Shown here: in pieces, positions 30,879-31,228 of the stretch | How the letters are laid out: each line of letters begins with the position of its first letter | Position numbering within the stretch: position 1 is the first letter of the stretch | IMG/VR virus record: IMGVR_UViG_3300037461_000157 | Location: 1-31,228 of that record | From: a virus | Lineage: Duplodnaviria; Caudoviricetes | Length of the DNA stretch: 31,228 nucleotides | Direction: 5' to 3' (one strand) | The notes under the pieces: generated by a model | What the model was told of the DNA's origin: nothing | The model's database searches: none | Seen by the model: only the letters and a program-made list of their open reading frames with translations | Translations under genes and position numbers: made by a program

Positions 30879-31204
30879 AGCGTCCCTGCCTCGGCGACTG
30901 TGGACGGCTGGTCACGGGCGGCGGACGCTGCCCGGACTGTCGCCGCACGGCCGAGCGCAGGCGCGGCACGCCGACCCAGCGTGGCTACGGCAGGGCACAC
31001 CAGGCAGCACGCCAGTCACTCAAGTCGCAGTTGCCCGGACCGTGCGGCTACTGCGGGGGCTGGCTGACGGCAGAGGGCGACTGGGTGGCGGCCCACGTCG
31101 TCGACGGCGATCCTTCGGCTGGGTGGCTCGCTGCCCACCGTGCGTGCAATGAGCGTGCCAAGGGTGGGTCGGCCCTCCCCAGCCGGTGGGGGGTGGGGTC
31201 GTGA
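30875..31204 (+). CDS. HNH endonuclease (terminase-associated, HK97 gp74-like)
   Basis: KRPC..CGRL...RCP.C, RGYG..H, CGYC, AHV, HRACN; last gene before terS on the circle. Confidence 0.85.
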   Translation: MKRPCLGDCGRLVTGGGRCPDCRRTAERRRGTPTQRGYGRAHQAARQSLKSQLPGPCGYCGGWLTAEGDWVAAHVVDGDPSAGWLAAHRACNERAKGGSALPSRWGVGS

Positions 31205-31228
31205 CGTATTCGCGTTCCTCCTTAGTAC

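Larger units (their letters stand above)
1..31228 (+). mobile_element. Temperate tailed bacteriophage genome (siphovirus-like), complete or nearly so
   Basis: Full set of packaging, head, tail, replication, integration and lysis modules in canonical order; no host housekeeping genes; HNH at the end abuts terS at the start if circularised. Confidence 0.95.

Overview
The window looks like a complete or near-complete ~31 kb, high-GC temperate tailed-phage genome (siphovirus-like, HK97-type head). It opens just upstream of the small terminase and ends just after an HNH endonuclease. Gene order: terS, terL, portal, 3 accessory virion genes, fused prohead protease-major capsid protein, head-tail connectors, tail tube, -1 frameshifted tail chaperone, short tape measure, tail tip/fibre; then a leaderless XRE gene, recombination/replication genes with internal iterons, two orphan DNA methyltransferases, many small coupled ORFs, xis/int and an attP-like region; then a lysis cassette with a papain-like protease and a holin, and the HNH gene. 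Almost everything is on the + strand and joined by ATGA/GTGA overlaps. The exception is 23.9-25.8 kb. There a four-gene leftward unit with its own sigma70-type promoters is nested antisense inside an unbroken chain of + strand ORFs. One of those ORFs is a membrane anchor joined to an RlpA-like domain, and its linker is the antisense of two genes plus a ~150-nt strongly base-paired RNA-like element. The host is unknown; GC content and gene style suggest Actinomycetota or Chloroflexota (inference only). Product calls come from motif recognition, not database searches.
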